Below are positions 1 through 9,735 of a stretch of 64,000 nt of DNA, piece by piece. The stretch is from an uncultured Porphyromonadaceae bacterium (GTDB lineage: Bacteria; Bacteroidota; Bacteroidia; Bacteroidales; Muribaculaceae), in assembly GCA_947567425.1 (NCBI GenBank), contig CANOLV010000016.1, forward strand, positions 246 through 64,245. The letters run 5' to 3'. The notes below the pieces were generated by a model, which saw only the letters and a list, made by a program, of their open reading frames with translations, was not told the origin of the DNA and searched no databases. How positions within the stretch are numbered: the first letter of the stretch is position 1; every line of letters begins with the position of its first letter. A program made the translations under genes and the position numbers.

Positions 1-48
1 TGAAGCGGTGCCGACATTTACTAATAAACGGATAATCTCTTAATTACA

Positions 49-1230
49 ATGGCAGAATCCAATTTCATAGATTACGTAAAGATAATGTGCCGTTCTGGAA
101 AAGGCGGTGCCGGATCCAGACACTTTTATCGGGCTAAATATATACCTAAAGGAGGACCAGACGGCGGCGACGGCGGCCGTGGGGGACACATAATTCTCCG
201 GGGCAATAAAAATATGTGGACTTTGCTCCCGTTGAAATTCCAGCGTCACGTATTTGCGGGCAACGGTCAGGCGGGATCCGCCAACCGCAGCTCCGGTAAG
301 GACGGGGAGGACAAGGTGATCGAGGTGCCGTGCGGAACTGTGGTGTTCGATGCCGAGACCGGTGACTTCCTGTGTGAGGTGACTTCCGACGGAGAGGAGA
401 TAAAACTGCTCCGGGGCGGCAGGGGCGGACTGGGCAACTGGAACTTCAAGAGTTCTACGAACCAGACTCCACGCTACGCTCAGCCTGGTGAACCGGCTAT
501 TGAAAAGACTGTGATTCTTGAACTGAAACTTCTTGCCGATGTCGGTCTGGTGGGATTTCCGAATGCCGGTAAGTCCACGTTGTTGTCGTCGATTTCCGCC
601 GCCCGGCCTAAAATAGCCGATTATCCGTTTACGACCATGGAGCCTCAGCTGGGCATAGTAAGTTACCGCGACAACCGCTCTTTCGTCATGGCGGATATTC
701 CCGGCATAATCGAAGGCGCGAGCGAGGGAAAGGGGCTTGGCCTTCGGTTCCTGCGTCATATCGAGCGTAACGCCGTGCTGCTGTTCATGGTGCCGGCCGA
801 CGCCGACGACATCAAGCGTGAATACGAGATACTTCTTAATGAAGTAGGGCAGTTCAACCCGGAACTTATGGATAAGCCCCGTGTATTGGCCATAAGCAAG
901 AGCGACATGCTTGACGACGAGCTTATGGACGAACTGTCAAAAGACCTGCCGGAAGGGGTAGAGCATGTGTTCATTTCGTCAGTGACGGGATTTGGAATCT
1001 CGGCCTTGAAGGATCTGTTATGGCGTGCCATAACAGATGAGTCCAATAAGATAGAGACGGCCTCCATCACCCACCGTAGACTCGACGGGCATCATAGGGT
1101 GCGGGAAGAGGATGAGTTTATTTTTGAAAATGAACTCCCTGAACCACCCACCGACGATGAACTGGCCGAGGACGATTGGGAAGAGGATTGGGATGAGCAA
1201 GCCTGGGAATATGAAGACCCCGAACAGTAG
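49..1230 (+). CDS. obg: GTPase Obg/CgtA
   Basis: 393-aa ORF with ATG at 49. Glycine-rich Obg fold ([22 protein letters not shown]), G1 motif GFPNAGKST and an acidic C-terminal tail. Confidence 0.95.
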   Translation: MAESNFIDYVKIMCRSGKGGAGSRHFYRAKYIPKGGPDGGDGGRGGHIILRGNKNMWTLLPLKFQRHVFAGNGQAGSANRSSGKDGEDKVIEVPCGTVVFDAETGDFLCEVTSDGEEIKLLRGGRGGLGNWNFKSSTNQTPRYAQPGEPAIEKTVILELKLLADVGLVGFPNAGKSTLLSSISAARPKIADYPFTTMEPQLGIVSYRDNRSFVMADIPGIIEGASEGKGLGLRFLRHIERNAVLLFMVPADADDIKREYEILLNEVGQFNPELMDKPRVLAISKSDMLDDELMDELSKDLPEGVEHVFISSVTGFGISALKDLLWRAITDESNKIETASITHRRLDGHHRVREEDEFIFENELPEPPTDDELAEDDWEEDWDEQAWEYEDPEQ

Positions 1231-1975
1231 CGGTGATGAATTTCTGATACCTCTTTTCAGAGGGTCGAAAGTCGATGTGTTTACCACCTGCAGAGGTGAG
1301 ATTAATAACAGCGGAGATCCTTATTCGGGATTTTCGCTGTGTAATTATACCGGTGATGCTGAAGAGCATGTGGATGCATGCAGGCGGATGCTTGCCGACA
1401 GGCTCGGTGTGGATGCGTCCGGAATTGTCGTTCCGCGCCAGACACATGGCTCACGATGCGAGACGGTCTGCGGACCGGCGGGTCAGGATGCAGACCTTTA
1501 CGGAGTGGATGCTCTTGTCACGTCCGGTGCGGGAGTCGTAATAGGCATCAATACGGCAGACTGTCTTCCGGTTGTGCTTGTCGACGATGTCCGCGGGGTC
1601 GCAGGAGTAGCACATGCCGGATGGCGTGGAGCTTTGGCCGGAGTTGTGCAGGAGACTGTGCGTAAGATGCTTTGCCTTGGCGCGGAGCTTGATGCCGTAG
1701 AGGCATTTATGGGCCCGTGTATCTGCACCGGTTGTTTTGAGGTCGGGGATGAGGTTTCGTCGAGATTTCCGACTGCAAATGTGCGGTGCTTCGGGAAGCC
1801 TCATGTGGATCTTGCAGGATATGTACGCGACAGGTTGCTTGACAGCGGAGTGTCGGTGATACACCTTCCCCGGGAGTGTACAAGGTGCAATCCCACGAAA
1901 TATTATTCCGCACGGGCCATGGGCATAGCCTCAGGCCGCAATCTCACGTTTGCTGTCGTCAAGAAAAAGTCTTGA
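1211..1975 (+). CDS. pgeF: Peptidoglycan editing factor PgeF / YfiH (DUF152 laccase-like) family protein
   Basis: YfiH-type motifs NTADCLPV and HAGWRG. The longest ORF (1112) overlaps obg by 119 nt. The internal ATG at 1211 leaves a 20-nt overlap and is preferred. Confidence 0.8.
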   Translation: MKTPNSSGDEFLIPLFRGSKVDVFTTCRGEINNSGDPYSGFSLCNYTGDAEEHVDACRRMLADRLGVDASGIVVPRQTHGSRCETVCGPAGQDADLYGVDALVTSGAGVVIGINTADCLPVVLVDDVRGVAGVAHAGWRGALAGVVQETVRKMLCLGAELDAVEAFMGPCICTGCFEVGDEVSSRFPTANVRCFGKPHVDLAGYVRDRLLDSGVSVIHLPRECTRCNPTKYYSARAMGIASGRNLTFAVVKKKS

Positions 1976-2431
1976 CTACCATTTTTTCAGTTCGTAGCGA
2001 TATGTCATACCGGATTTATCCCGGTAGGTCAGGGCCATGCGTGATGAGGTCAGTGACTCGATGTCGAGCATGTTGATTCCCGGAGTTAGCCCGGTGACCG
2101 GAAGGGGTGAGTACATGTCTGACTCCGCTGGATGGGCGTCGTCATGGTGCGAGAAGTTCAGTTCGAGCGTCCTGTCGTCATGCTCTGCCCAGGATCCCCA
2201 CCTTATGTCGGTGTCGTGGTGCGGCAGTACCTGCCTCATGCAGAATACCGTGGTCTGAAACTGCCAGAATATGTCGCCGCGATACGATTGGTCAACGTTT
2301 CCGTCTACCTCGATGGATGTGAGTTTCCATGTGCCGAAGTATTCTCCTATGTCGCCGTTGTTGTGCGTGCATGACATCAGGCTGAAGAGCCCGATGATTA
2401 TGGTGCATAGTGCTGTGGTGCGGAATGTCAT
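1976..2431 (-). CDS. Lipocalin-like domain lipoprotein
   Basis: 151 aa. Signal peptide with lipobox (LFSLMSC) and a GTWKLTSIEVDG motif typical of the Bacteroidota lipocalin-like domain. Its ATG overlaps the upstream stop (ATGA). Confidence 0.7.
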   Translation of the reverse strand: MTFRTTALCTIIIGLFSLMSCTHNNGDIGEYFGTWKLTSIEVDGNVDQSYRGDIFWQFQTTVFCMRQVLPHHDTDIRWGSWAEHDDRTLELNFSHHDDAHPAESDMYSPLPVTGLTPGINMLDIESLTSSRMALTYRDKSGMTYRYELKKW

Positions 2432-3954
2432 TGTTTTGATGGGTTAAAAGAACCTTTATACGATACGGAGATTCCGAATCCGAAGGTGTCTCCATACATG
2501 TTGCCTCTGTCCATTGCCAGTTGGGCTTTGAATGTCCATCTTGGCAATGCCGGTGCTTGATATGTGCCTTCGACCATAAACGATGTCGTGTGTACGGTCG
2601 AGATCCGTGGTATGAATGAGTCGCCCCAGCTTTTGCGGTACGACACCATGGCCCGGTATCCTAAGCCGGAGCTTATGTGGCCTCTGGCCGCGAGGTGGAA
2701 TCCTCTTACCCTGGTATCCGTGTAGCGGAGGTAACCGTCGGTGTTGTAGATGGTCGATTTGAGCATCGGGGTGCCTTGCGACATCCCGTAATAGGCATAG
2801 CCGTTGTAGAAATAGTTGTTGTAGTATGTGTCGGCACCTGTGGCCTGGCCGGGGATCGTGGTGCCGGGATTATCGCCGGGGGCCCAATGGATGGGGCCTG
2901 ACTGGTTGGTGAAGTCGAGATATTCTATGACCGCCCCTTCGATTATTCCTTTGTCCGACGATTTATATTCGATGCCCCAGAGTCCGTCAAAACCGTTTAG
3001 TTTTCCGATTCCGGAACCGTCTTCCCAAGGCCATTGGAAATAGGCTTTGAGGGCGTGTCCCGACTTGAATTTGCAGGTAGCCATCATGTCCCAGCTTCCG
3101 AGATGGTTGCCGTCATAAAAATTGTCGCCTCCATGAGGAAACATCATGTTGAAGAAATCTTTCAGTCTCAGAGGGCTATCCTGCTCGAACAGGATCTGTC
3201 CTCCGGAATAAAATTTCTGATGTCCTGCAAATTGTGCCACGGCCTGCATGCCGACAGTTACCGATAGAGGCATGTCGGGTCGAGTGCGGAAGTAGCAACG
3301 TTTGTAGTTGGCCCACCGTCCGGTGGTTATGAATGCGTTGTAGTAGTTAAAGTGATGTTTAAGCCAGCCGTTGTCGGTCGGTTTTCCAAAAAAGAAGTTG
3401 CCGTTTATCTGAACCCAACCTCCGGTATAGGGTATGTCGACAAAGTCGATGAATCCGATTCTGACTCCCGGCATAGGTCGTGCGTTGGCGCTCCATGTGA
3501 TGTCGCCGCTTGAGAGCGCATCGTCAAGCAGGGCGGAGCCTACTTCCTTTAAGCCTAATGTCATAAACACTTTCCGGTGGCGGATCTCGCCGTATAACTG
3601 CTGGATCCATGCCCTTGACGGATGCAGGTCGTGCGACGACCATTCATCGGCTTTGCGGTCAAACATTGAATAGGAGGTGGATGAAGCCGCGTCGAGAATG
3701 ATGTCGGCTCCAAATCCGAATCCCCACCGTCCGGACATTGCCGTCGGTCGGTTCAGGTAGGTCCTCGACAGTACGGTGGAGGTTTGGGTGACGACTCCGA
3801 ATCTGTTTGAAGCCATGTAGTAGGGGGCGAAGTCGCCGGTGCCTGTGTTCACCCACAGTTCCTCGCCGTATTCGATCGGTTCGGCCGCAGTCGCTGCCGT
3901 GGCAGTGGCTGTGACGGAGAGAAGTAAGGCCGCCAGCCTTTTGGCGGTGGACAT
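2428..3954 (-). CDS. Outer-membrane beta-barrel protein, capsule assembly Wzi-like
   Basis: 508 aa. Signal peptide (LLLSVTATATAATAAE), aromatic/Gly-rich beta-strand pattern and a GDFAPYYMASNRFGV motif resembling Bacteroidota Wzi-family proteins. The family call is from memory of the motif, not a search. Confidence 0.55.
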   Translation of the reverse strand: MSTAKRLAALLLSVTATATAATAAEPIEYGEELWVNTGTGDFAPYYMASNRFGVVTQTSTVLSRTYLNRPTAMSGRWGFGFGADIILDAASSTSYSMFDRKADEWSSHDLHPSRAWIQQLYGEIRHRKVFMTLGLKEVGSALLDDALSSGDITWSANARPMPGVRIGFIDFVDIPYTGGWVQINGNFFFGKPTDNGWLKHHFNYYNAFITTGRWANYKRCYFRTRPDMPLSVTVGMQAVAQFAGHQKFYSGGQILFEQDSPLRLKDFFNMMFPHGGDNFYDGNHLGSWDMMATCKFKSGHALKAYFQWPWEDGSGIGKLNGFDGLWGIEYKSSDKGIIEGAVIEYLDFTNQSGPIHWAPGDNPGTTIPGQATGADTYYNNYFYNGYAYYGMSQGTPMLKSTIYNTDGYLRYTDTRVRGFHLAARGHISSGLGYRAMVSYRKSWGDSFIPRISTVHTTSFMVEGTYQAPALPRWTFKAQLAMDRGNMYGDTFGFGISVSYKGSFNPSKQ

Positions 3955-4901
3955 CAGCTGTTGTTGTTTGATGATAGGAATGTGCCGATATGCCGTCCTT
4001 TTTTTTCTTCGAAAATGTCTTCGATGGCGAAGAATATACCGCTTTCCTCCACATCGCCGAATTCGTCGTTGATGGCGGTGCCGAACATTTTCATCGAAGG
4101 TGACAGGCTCATGTAGGCATTGACCAGGGGCGGAATGTTGTAGCCGTGGTCGCGGATGGCTTTGTTAAGGATTTTGTAGTCGTCCTTGAACGTTTCTCCT
4201 GTGAACACTGCTTTCATGGCGGCATTGTCCATGTGGGTGCTCAGCGGAGTGATCGGTTCCACGAGGCGCTCATCGTCAGGAAAGTGCTTAGAGAGGAAGT
4301 ACAGGATCATGTTGCGGCATTCGGGATTGTAGCTCGGATACATGGTCACCTTTCCGAACAGGTATTTTATCCGGGGGTATACCACGGTAAGCGCTCCAAG
4401 ACCGTCCCAAAGATTGTCAAGGGTGTAAAGGGCGGTGGCGCCGGCCCGCGAGGATTGATATTCATATCTGACGAATGAGCGTCCGAGCTCAAGTGTGTAG
4501 GGCAGATATTCCGATAGGAATCTTTGCGAGAACTTGAACATGTGGGCTGTGGCTATCCTCGGCGTGCCGTCGGGATTCATTTTGATCTGGTCGCCGGTGA
4601 TGAACCTGTAGCCTCCAAGAATCAGTTTGTCGACAGGATCCCATACTATCAGCTGTTGGCATGGGGGATCCATGGTGTCGAAGTCGTCAATGTCACACTC
4701 TTTTCCGGTGCCTCCTCCGGCCGTGCGGAAGGCTATCTCGCGCAGACGTCCGATCTCGCGCATTACGTTAGGTGCGTTAAGTGAATTGACTATGTATATT
4801 TTGTTGCCACCCTTATTGGTGTCGCGCAAAAATCTTTCGTGAACGAGTTCGCTCTCGATGAGTTCTACCGGTATGGGGTCGATAATTTGTTTATCTTTCA
4901 T
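3954..4901 (-). CDS. glsB: OlsB/GlsB-like lipid N-acyltransferase (hemolysin-like GNAT; glycine-lipid synthesis)
   Basis: 315 aa. LREIAFRTAGGGTGKECDIDDFD region typical of the OlsB-type Acetyltransf_5 family. Overlaps the PlsC-type acyltransferase gene upstream by 11 nt, as in known gls/ols pairs. Confidence 0.7.
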   Translation of the reverse strand: MKDKQIIDPIPVELIESELVHERFLRDTNKGGNKIYIVNSLNAPNVMREIGRLREIAFRTAGGGTGKECDIDDFDTMDPPCQQLIVWDPVDKLILGGYRFITGDQIKMNPDGTPRIATAHMFKFSQRFLSEYLPYTLELGRSFVRYEYQSSRAGATALYTLDNLWDGLGALTVVYPRIKYLFGKVTMYPSYNPECRNMILYFLSKHFPDDERLVEPITPLSTHMDNAAMKAVFTGETFKDDYKILNKAIRDHGYNIPPLVNAYMSLSPSMKMFGTAINDEFGDVEESGIFFAIEDIFEEKKGRHIGTFLSSNNNS

Positions 4902-5769
4902 CGCTGATGTGCTTTTTGTCGAGTGAGTCTTTTAAACTATAGACAATTTTCTTCACAGCTTTCGCTTCCAATAAAGCAGAATGTCCGCCGCTGAGCCTCT
5001 CCCATGGAATCGGCTTGCCTGCGACGATGGTGAAGCGTGCATTTCGGCTCCGGAATATTTCTCTGGGCAGGTAAATCATTTCAATATTGAACTTAAGCCC
5101 TGTCCATGTCCGGAACTTTGCAAAATTATAAAAAAATGATGAATTCTGTCCGTCGAAATAGACCGGAATTATGTCGCGATTGAACTGCACGGCCTTATTT
5201 ATGAACATTTTTTGCCATTTTAGGTCTTTGATTCCATCTTTTTGCTTTCTGGAAACCATTCCTGCGGGAAACATGATTACCGGACCGTCGCCGGCCATGC
5301 ACCGATCGATGTCGGATGTGGCCTGCCGGCTTTGCTTGCCATGTTTGTTGATTGGCAGAAACACGTCGCTAAGCGGCTTTACCGCAGTCAGCAGGTCGTT
5401 GACGATGAAGTGCATGTCAGGACCGTAGATGCTGTTGACCCAATGGATCATGGCTATTCCGTCAAGTCCTCCGAGCGGATGGTTGCAGACGATCAGCACT
5501 CTCGAATCCGACGGATCCGGACGTTGGCCCTCGAACCTGTAACTTACGTTGAGGTCCTTCAGCACTGCATCGCAGAATTCTGCACCTGTCTTTCCTCTTG
5601 TGCGGTTCAATATGCCGTTGAGTTCGTCTTGACAGATGGTGCTTTTCAGCCATTGTATGAGCGGACGGGGGATGAAACGTGCATACGACGGCACGCGGTC
5701 ATGGATGACCGCTTCAACGTCGACTTTCAATTCGCTTGCCGTTTTTCCGCTGTTGTCCGTTTGATTCAT
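4891..5769 (-). CDS. glsA: Lysophospholipid (PlsC/OlsA/GlsA-like) O-acyltransferase
   Basis: 292 aa. Acyltransferase block VCNHPLGGLDG (H..D catalytic motif) and FPAG motif. Paired with the glsB-like gene. Confidence 0.7.
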   Translation of the reverse strand: MNQTDNSGKTASELKVDVEAVIHDRVPSYARFIPRPLIQWLKSTICQDELNGILNRTRGKTGAEFCDAVLKDLNVSYRFEGQRPDPSDSRVLIVCNHPLGGLDGIAMIHWVNSIYGPDMHFIVNDLLTAVKPLSDVFLPINKHGKQSRQATSDIDRCMAGDGPVIMFPAGMVSRKQKDGIKDLKWQKMFINKAVQFNRDIIPVYFDGQNSSFFYNFAKFRTWTGLKFNIEMIYLPREIFRSRNARFTIVAGKPIPWERLSGGHSALLEAKAVKKIVYSLKDSLDKKHISDER

Positions 5770-5876
5770 AATGCAAATTTAGTAAAATTCCCATGTGCGG
5801 CAAATTGCATCAATCAAAAAGCTTGGAATCAATGTCGGTTCCAAGCTTTTGAGTATTGTCAGTGTATTGGTTGGAG

Positions 5877-6995
5877 CTATTGTACAGTTCCGTTGTTCTG
5901 CGATTTAAACGAATCTTTAAGACCTCGTCCAAACAGAATCCACGCGCTTGCGGCACATACGGCAAGGAATACAAAACCTGCTAAGATCATAACTTTCCTC
6001 GGTTTGGATGCTTTTACCGGTACTGTCGCAGGCTCGATGACGGCGTAGACAGGGGTGTTTTCCTGGACTTTTGCCCGTGCGGCCTGAAGCTGCTGGGCCG
6101 TGGTGTTGTACAGGTTAAACGCCAGTTGGGCTTCGTTGCGGAGACGCTCTTCTTCGGTCTTTCGCGAGTTCAGCGATATTCCGTGGTTCTTGTCGACATA
6201 CTCCGCATATTTTTGCTGTGCTTCGTAGTAGTCGGCGCGAGCTTCTTCGTTGATCTGTTTGGCATACTCCATGTCGTGACGGGCTTTGTTTGTGCGGTAT
6301 TCCGTCACGTACTCCTTCAGATTGTGGGCCACGGAGTCGGCGAGCATGGCCGACACGAGTGGATCCTGCATTGTGGCTGTGATGGTGATCACGTAGCTTT
6401 TGGAGTCGACGTTAACGCCTATACGCTCGCCGAGCGACTGCACTATGGCATCTTCGTCGGCGGTGAGCATGAACGGATTCCGGCCTTCGCCCTGTTCGGG
6501 TTCATCGTCAATAAACAGTGATTTGACGCCTCCGATAGCTTTGCCGGGGAGTCCCATTATGACGCCCCACCACGGCGATGAAGTATAGTTCTCGATATAG
6601 TCGGCCACGGTTATAACAGAGTCGCCTTCCGCCTCTTTGACCTTTACGTCAAATAGACCTACCGAGAAAGGTATTGACTTTACTACGTCCGGATAGAGGT
6701 CGGGATAGACGGCGTCTATCGATGATCCGCTTCCGAGATTCACGCCGGCCATTGAAGCCAATGCTCCGAGTCCGCCGCTCATCTTGCTTTTCCCGTCAGA
6801 AACCTCGGGTGCGAGTTTTACGGTGGTGGTATATTCTTTGGGTATGGAAAATGCAACGATAATTCCTACTATGGCTGCTATTCCGGCCCAGCGGAATAGC
6901 ATACGCCGCTCGGCCCATAATTTTTGAGCCAGTTCCATAAGGTCAATTTCCTGCTCTTCCGTATCCATATAATCGGGTCTTTCTTTATCTTCCAT
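5877..6995 (-). CDS. wzz: Chain-length determinant (Wzz/GumC family) protein
   Basis: 372 aa. N-terminal TM (WAGIAAIVGIIVAF), coiled-coil periplasmic region and C-terminal TM (VMILAGFVFLAVCAASAWILF). Typical Bacteroides CPS Wzz architecture. Confidence 0.8.
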   Translation of the reverse strand: MEDKERPDYMDTEEQEIDLMELAQKLWAERRMLFRWAGIAAIVGIIVAFSIPKEYTTTVKLAPEVSDGKSKMSGGLGALASMAGVNLGSGSSIDAVYPDLYPDVVKSIPFSVGLFDVKVKEAEGDSVITVADYIENYTSSPWWGVIMGLPGKAIGGVKSLFIDDEPEQGEGRNPFMLTADEDAIVQSLGERIGVNVDSKSYVITITATMQDPLVSAMLADSVAHNLKEYVTEYRTNKARHDMEYAKQINEEARADYYEAQQKYAEYVDKNHGISLNSRKTEEERLRNEAQLAFNLYNTTAQQLQAARAKVQENTPVYAVIEPATVPVKASKPRKVMILAGFVFLAVCAASAWILFGRGLKDSFKSQNNGTVQ

Positions 6996-7024
6996 TTTGA
7001 TCGTTTTGAATGTCCGCTGGAGAA

Positions 7025-9445
7025 TTATTTAAACAGGTTGGCGATTGTGGCTCCCATGAGTCCGATAGAAGCGGCCGCGGTGGTAATAGAGAGTATCTCC
7101 TGCAGTTTCACCGGATTCTTGTGCTTGGACGGTATGATGATATGGCATCCGGGTTCAATCGGGGTATTGCCTTTTGCCTTTGCCACGGTGCCGTTCATGT
7201 ATACGATGAATGCCTTTGACTTTTTGGCTGACGATCCATAACCTCCCGCCTGCTCGATATAGTACTTCAGCTTTTTGCCGCTCTGGAACACTACCGTGTT
7301 AGGGAACATCACGTCGCCCGATATTTTCACGGTATTGTTCATTTCGGGAATGAACAGCTCATCGCCTTCCTGCAGTACGAGGTCCATGCTCGATCCGGGG
7401 TTGGCGAGGGCTTTGTCAAGTTCGATGCCGACGGTGTAGCGCGTAGCGGTCATCAATTTCGACATGGATATCGAGTCGCCGCCTTCTCCTGCCTGATTGG
7501 CCGCTGCAAGCTTAATGGCTTCATTGCGTGCGGCTATTTCATCTTCGGTCATTCTGCGGCTGAGGTGCGCACCTCTGATGTATGCCTGCGGGGTCAGACC
7601 TCCTGCGCGTTTTACGAGGTCGCTTAACCGCTCGTTCTTTACGGTGAGCGTGTAGCCTCCGCCGAACTGTACTTCGCCGTCGATGGTGACGCGTTTTTGA
7701 GTCTGGTAGTTTGGCGAGCGTCTGACTTCTACGATGTCGTAAGGCTCAAGTAGAAATCCTTTTTTGCCGTTGACCACAAGGCCGTTTTCAAGATCGAATG
7801 AGAAGAGCTGGGCTGTCTGGTTGCCGCTCTTCAACGCTGCCGGATCATTGATGCGGCGCGACACGTCAAGGCGTGCGGTCGACGCTCCGCGGATCAGTCC
7901 GCCGGCCATTACTATCAGGTCTTCGACTGTGGTGTTGTCGGCGTAGGGGAACACTCCGGGACGGGCCACCATTCCGCTGATGGTAAGTGTGCCTCGGTCC
8001 TCCATCTCCTGTATGCTCGGAATGACGATCATGTCATTGCGGCGCAGCGCGATGTCGGGAGCCGTGCCGGCCATGATAGCTCCGAGGTCGAGTGGTATGA
8101 CTTCAAGCTGCAGGTTCTGGCCTTCGCGATAAAGAATCACACGTGTGGTGTAAGCGTCTTCCATAAGTCCTTCGGCGGCATTGACGAGATCTTTCACAGT
8201 GTTCAATTCGCTTGAAAGCGCGTACATGCCCGGGCGGAACACCGATCCTTTGAGCTCGACTCTATTGGCGTAACGGTCGAGGATAGTGCCCACGCTTACT
8301 ATGTCGCCGTTGTTGAGGCGGTAGGTGTCAAAGTCGGCGTTGGCAATGTTGAACAGTTCATTTTCGCGTCCGGTCTGTCTGGCCAGGCGAATCTGGTCGG
8401 TATAGGCGTCGCCGGTGAAGCCTCCTGCATAATCGATGAGGTCCTTGATGGTCTCTTCGGGGTTCATTTCGTAGTACATCGGACGCTTGACGTTGCCGTC
8501 GATGCTGACCAGCTGGCTGTAGGGGGGCACTATGATCACGTCGCCTTCCTGAAGCCTTATGTTCCCGTCCTGTTTGCCTTCAAACAGATAGTCGTAGATG
8601 TCGATATGCTTTATCACCTTGTTGTTGCGCACGAGTTGTATGTCGCGCATGGTTCCGAGGTCGTTTATGCCGTTGGCTTTGTATAGAGCGTGGAACACGG
8701 TGGAAAATGGCGACAGACGGTAGGTTCCGGGTACTGCCACTTCGCCCATGATGTTGATCTGTATGGTGCGCACCTGTCCTAAGGTGACGTTGATGTCCGA
8801 GTCGGGATCCTCGCCGCCGATGCCGGAATATTTTCCTGCAAAAGCGTCGCGTATGTGATTGTTGGCTTCTGCGATAGTCATTCCGTTCAGGTAAATCGGA
8901 CCGATCTGGGAGATCATTATGCGTCCTTCTGGCGATATGGTCTGGCGAAGGTGGTCTTCGTTTGCTCCCCAGATGTCGATCACCACTTCGTCGCCGGGGC
9001 CGAGACGATAGTTTTGCGGTGTGGCAAGATTCTCGTTTGGCTCGAATGTGAGTTGGGGATTGGTGAATATCGAGTGTCCGTAGATCTTTCTTGCGGACAC
9101 GCGGTCATTGTTGCCTTTGTCTACTTCACGGCCTACGTCGGTAAGTTCGGCCGCCGATACCTCTGTCGATGCGTCGCGCTGTCTGTCACGGTTGTTTTGT
9201 GCTACAGTTTTGTCTGCGACGTTTGTGTCACTTCCTTGCGACTCTTCAAATCTGGCTTTCAGACGTTCCACCTGGGCAGGGGTCACTCCTTTGGCGATAA
9301 GCTCATTGCCTATCTGGCGATGTGATTTTCCCGCGGCGGTCTGTTGTTTTACATACTCTAACACTTGGTCGTCTGTCATTGCATTGATTGCGGTGACTGA
9401 TGACATCGCCATAGCTATGGCAAGTGCTAAAACTCTAATTTTCAT
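7025..9445 (-). CDS. wza: Polysaccharide export outer-membrane protein (Wza/BexD-like, multiple SLBB domains)
   Basis: Poly_export motif (YRLGPGDEVVIDIWG) followed by repeated SLBB-like units (GDV/GDI..V). Start moved to the ATG at 9445 (MKIRVLALAIAMAMSSVTAINA signal peptide) from the longest ORF at 9526. Confidence 0.85.
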   Translation of the reverse strand: MKIRVLALAIAMAMSSVTAINAMTDDQVLEYVKQQTAAGKSHRQIGNELIAKGVTPAQVERLKARFEESQGSDTNVADKTVAQNNRDRQRDASTEVSAAELTDVGREVDKGNNDRVSARKIYGHSIFTNPQLTFEPNENLATPQNYRLGPGDEVVIDIWGANEDHLRQTISPEGRIMISQIGPIYLNGMTIAEANNHIRDAFAGKYSGIGGEDPDSDINVTLGQVRTIQINIMGEVAVPGTYRLSPFSTVFHALYKANGINDLGTMRDIQLVRNNKVIKHIDIYDYLFEGKQDGNIRLQEGDVIIVPPYSQLVSIDGNVKRPMYYEMNPEETIKDLIDYAGGFTGDAYTDQIRLARQTGRENELFNIANADFDTYRLNNGDIVSVGTILDRYANRVELKGSVFRPGMYALSSELNTVKDLVNAAEGLMEDAYTTRVILYREGQNLQLEVIPLDLGAIMAGTAPDIALRRNDMIVIPSIQEMEDRGTLTISGMVARPGVFPYADNTTVEDLIVMAGGLIRGASTARLDVSRRINDPAALKSGNQTAQLFSFDLENGLVVNGKKGFLLEPYDIVEVRRSPNYQTQKRVTIDGEVQFGGGYTLTVKNERLSDLVKRAGGLTPQAYIRGAHLSRRMTEDEIAARNEAIKLAAANQAGEGGDSISMSKLMTATRYTVGIELDKALANPGSSMDLVLQEGDELFIPEMNNTVKISGDVMFPNTVVFQSGKKLKYYIEQAGGYGSSAKKSKAFIVYMNGTVAKAKGNTPIEPGCHIIIPSKHKNPVKLQEILSITTAAASIGLMGATIANLFK

Positions 9446-9602
9446 TATACTGTCGTTTGGGATTATGATTTTATATGCATTGTGAATAGGCAACGTGCCT
9501 TTGCGGGCATTAATTGTCAGCTGCAAAATTAGTAATTAATTTACTTACAAACAAATATGGATGCTTATTAATGAGCCTGCAAAAATAAGTTGTAAAGTAA
9601 TG

Positions 9603-9656
9603 GCATAAAATAAAAGGGACCGCCATTGAGCGAAATTGCTCCCCGAGGCGGTCCCT
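9603..9656 (-). terminator. Rho-independent terminator after pfp
   Basis: 10-bp stem AGGGACCGCC/GGCGGTCCCT (9615-9624/9647-9656), followed on the minus strand by a T-rich run. Confidence 0.6.
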
Positions 9657-9735
9657 GCAAGCTGTGATTCGGGATTATTGTCTTAAATCTCGGTCGGTTT
9701 GGCTGTCAAAGCGGCCGGATTTTGAATTCGATATT

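Noticed and set aside
5774-5781. TAAATTTG box on the minus strand, read as the promoter of the glsA-like gene.
   Set aside because: It ends only 5 nt upstream of the ATG at 5769 and no downstream in-frame ATG is nearby, so the geometry is wrong for a -7 box. The real promoter is probably elsewhere in the 107-nt gap, or transcription reads through from wzz.
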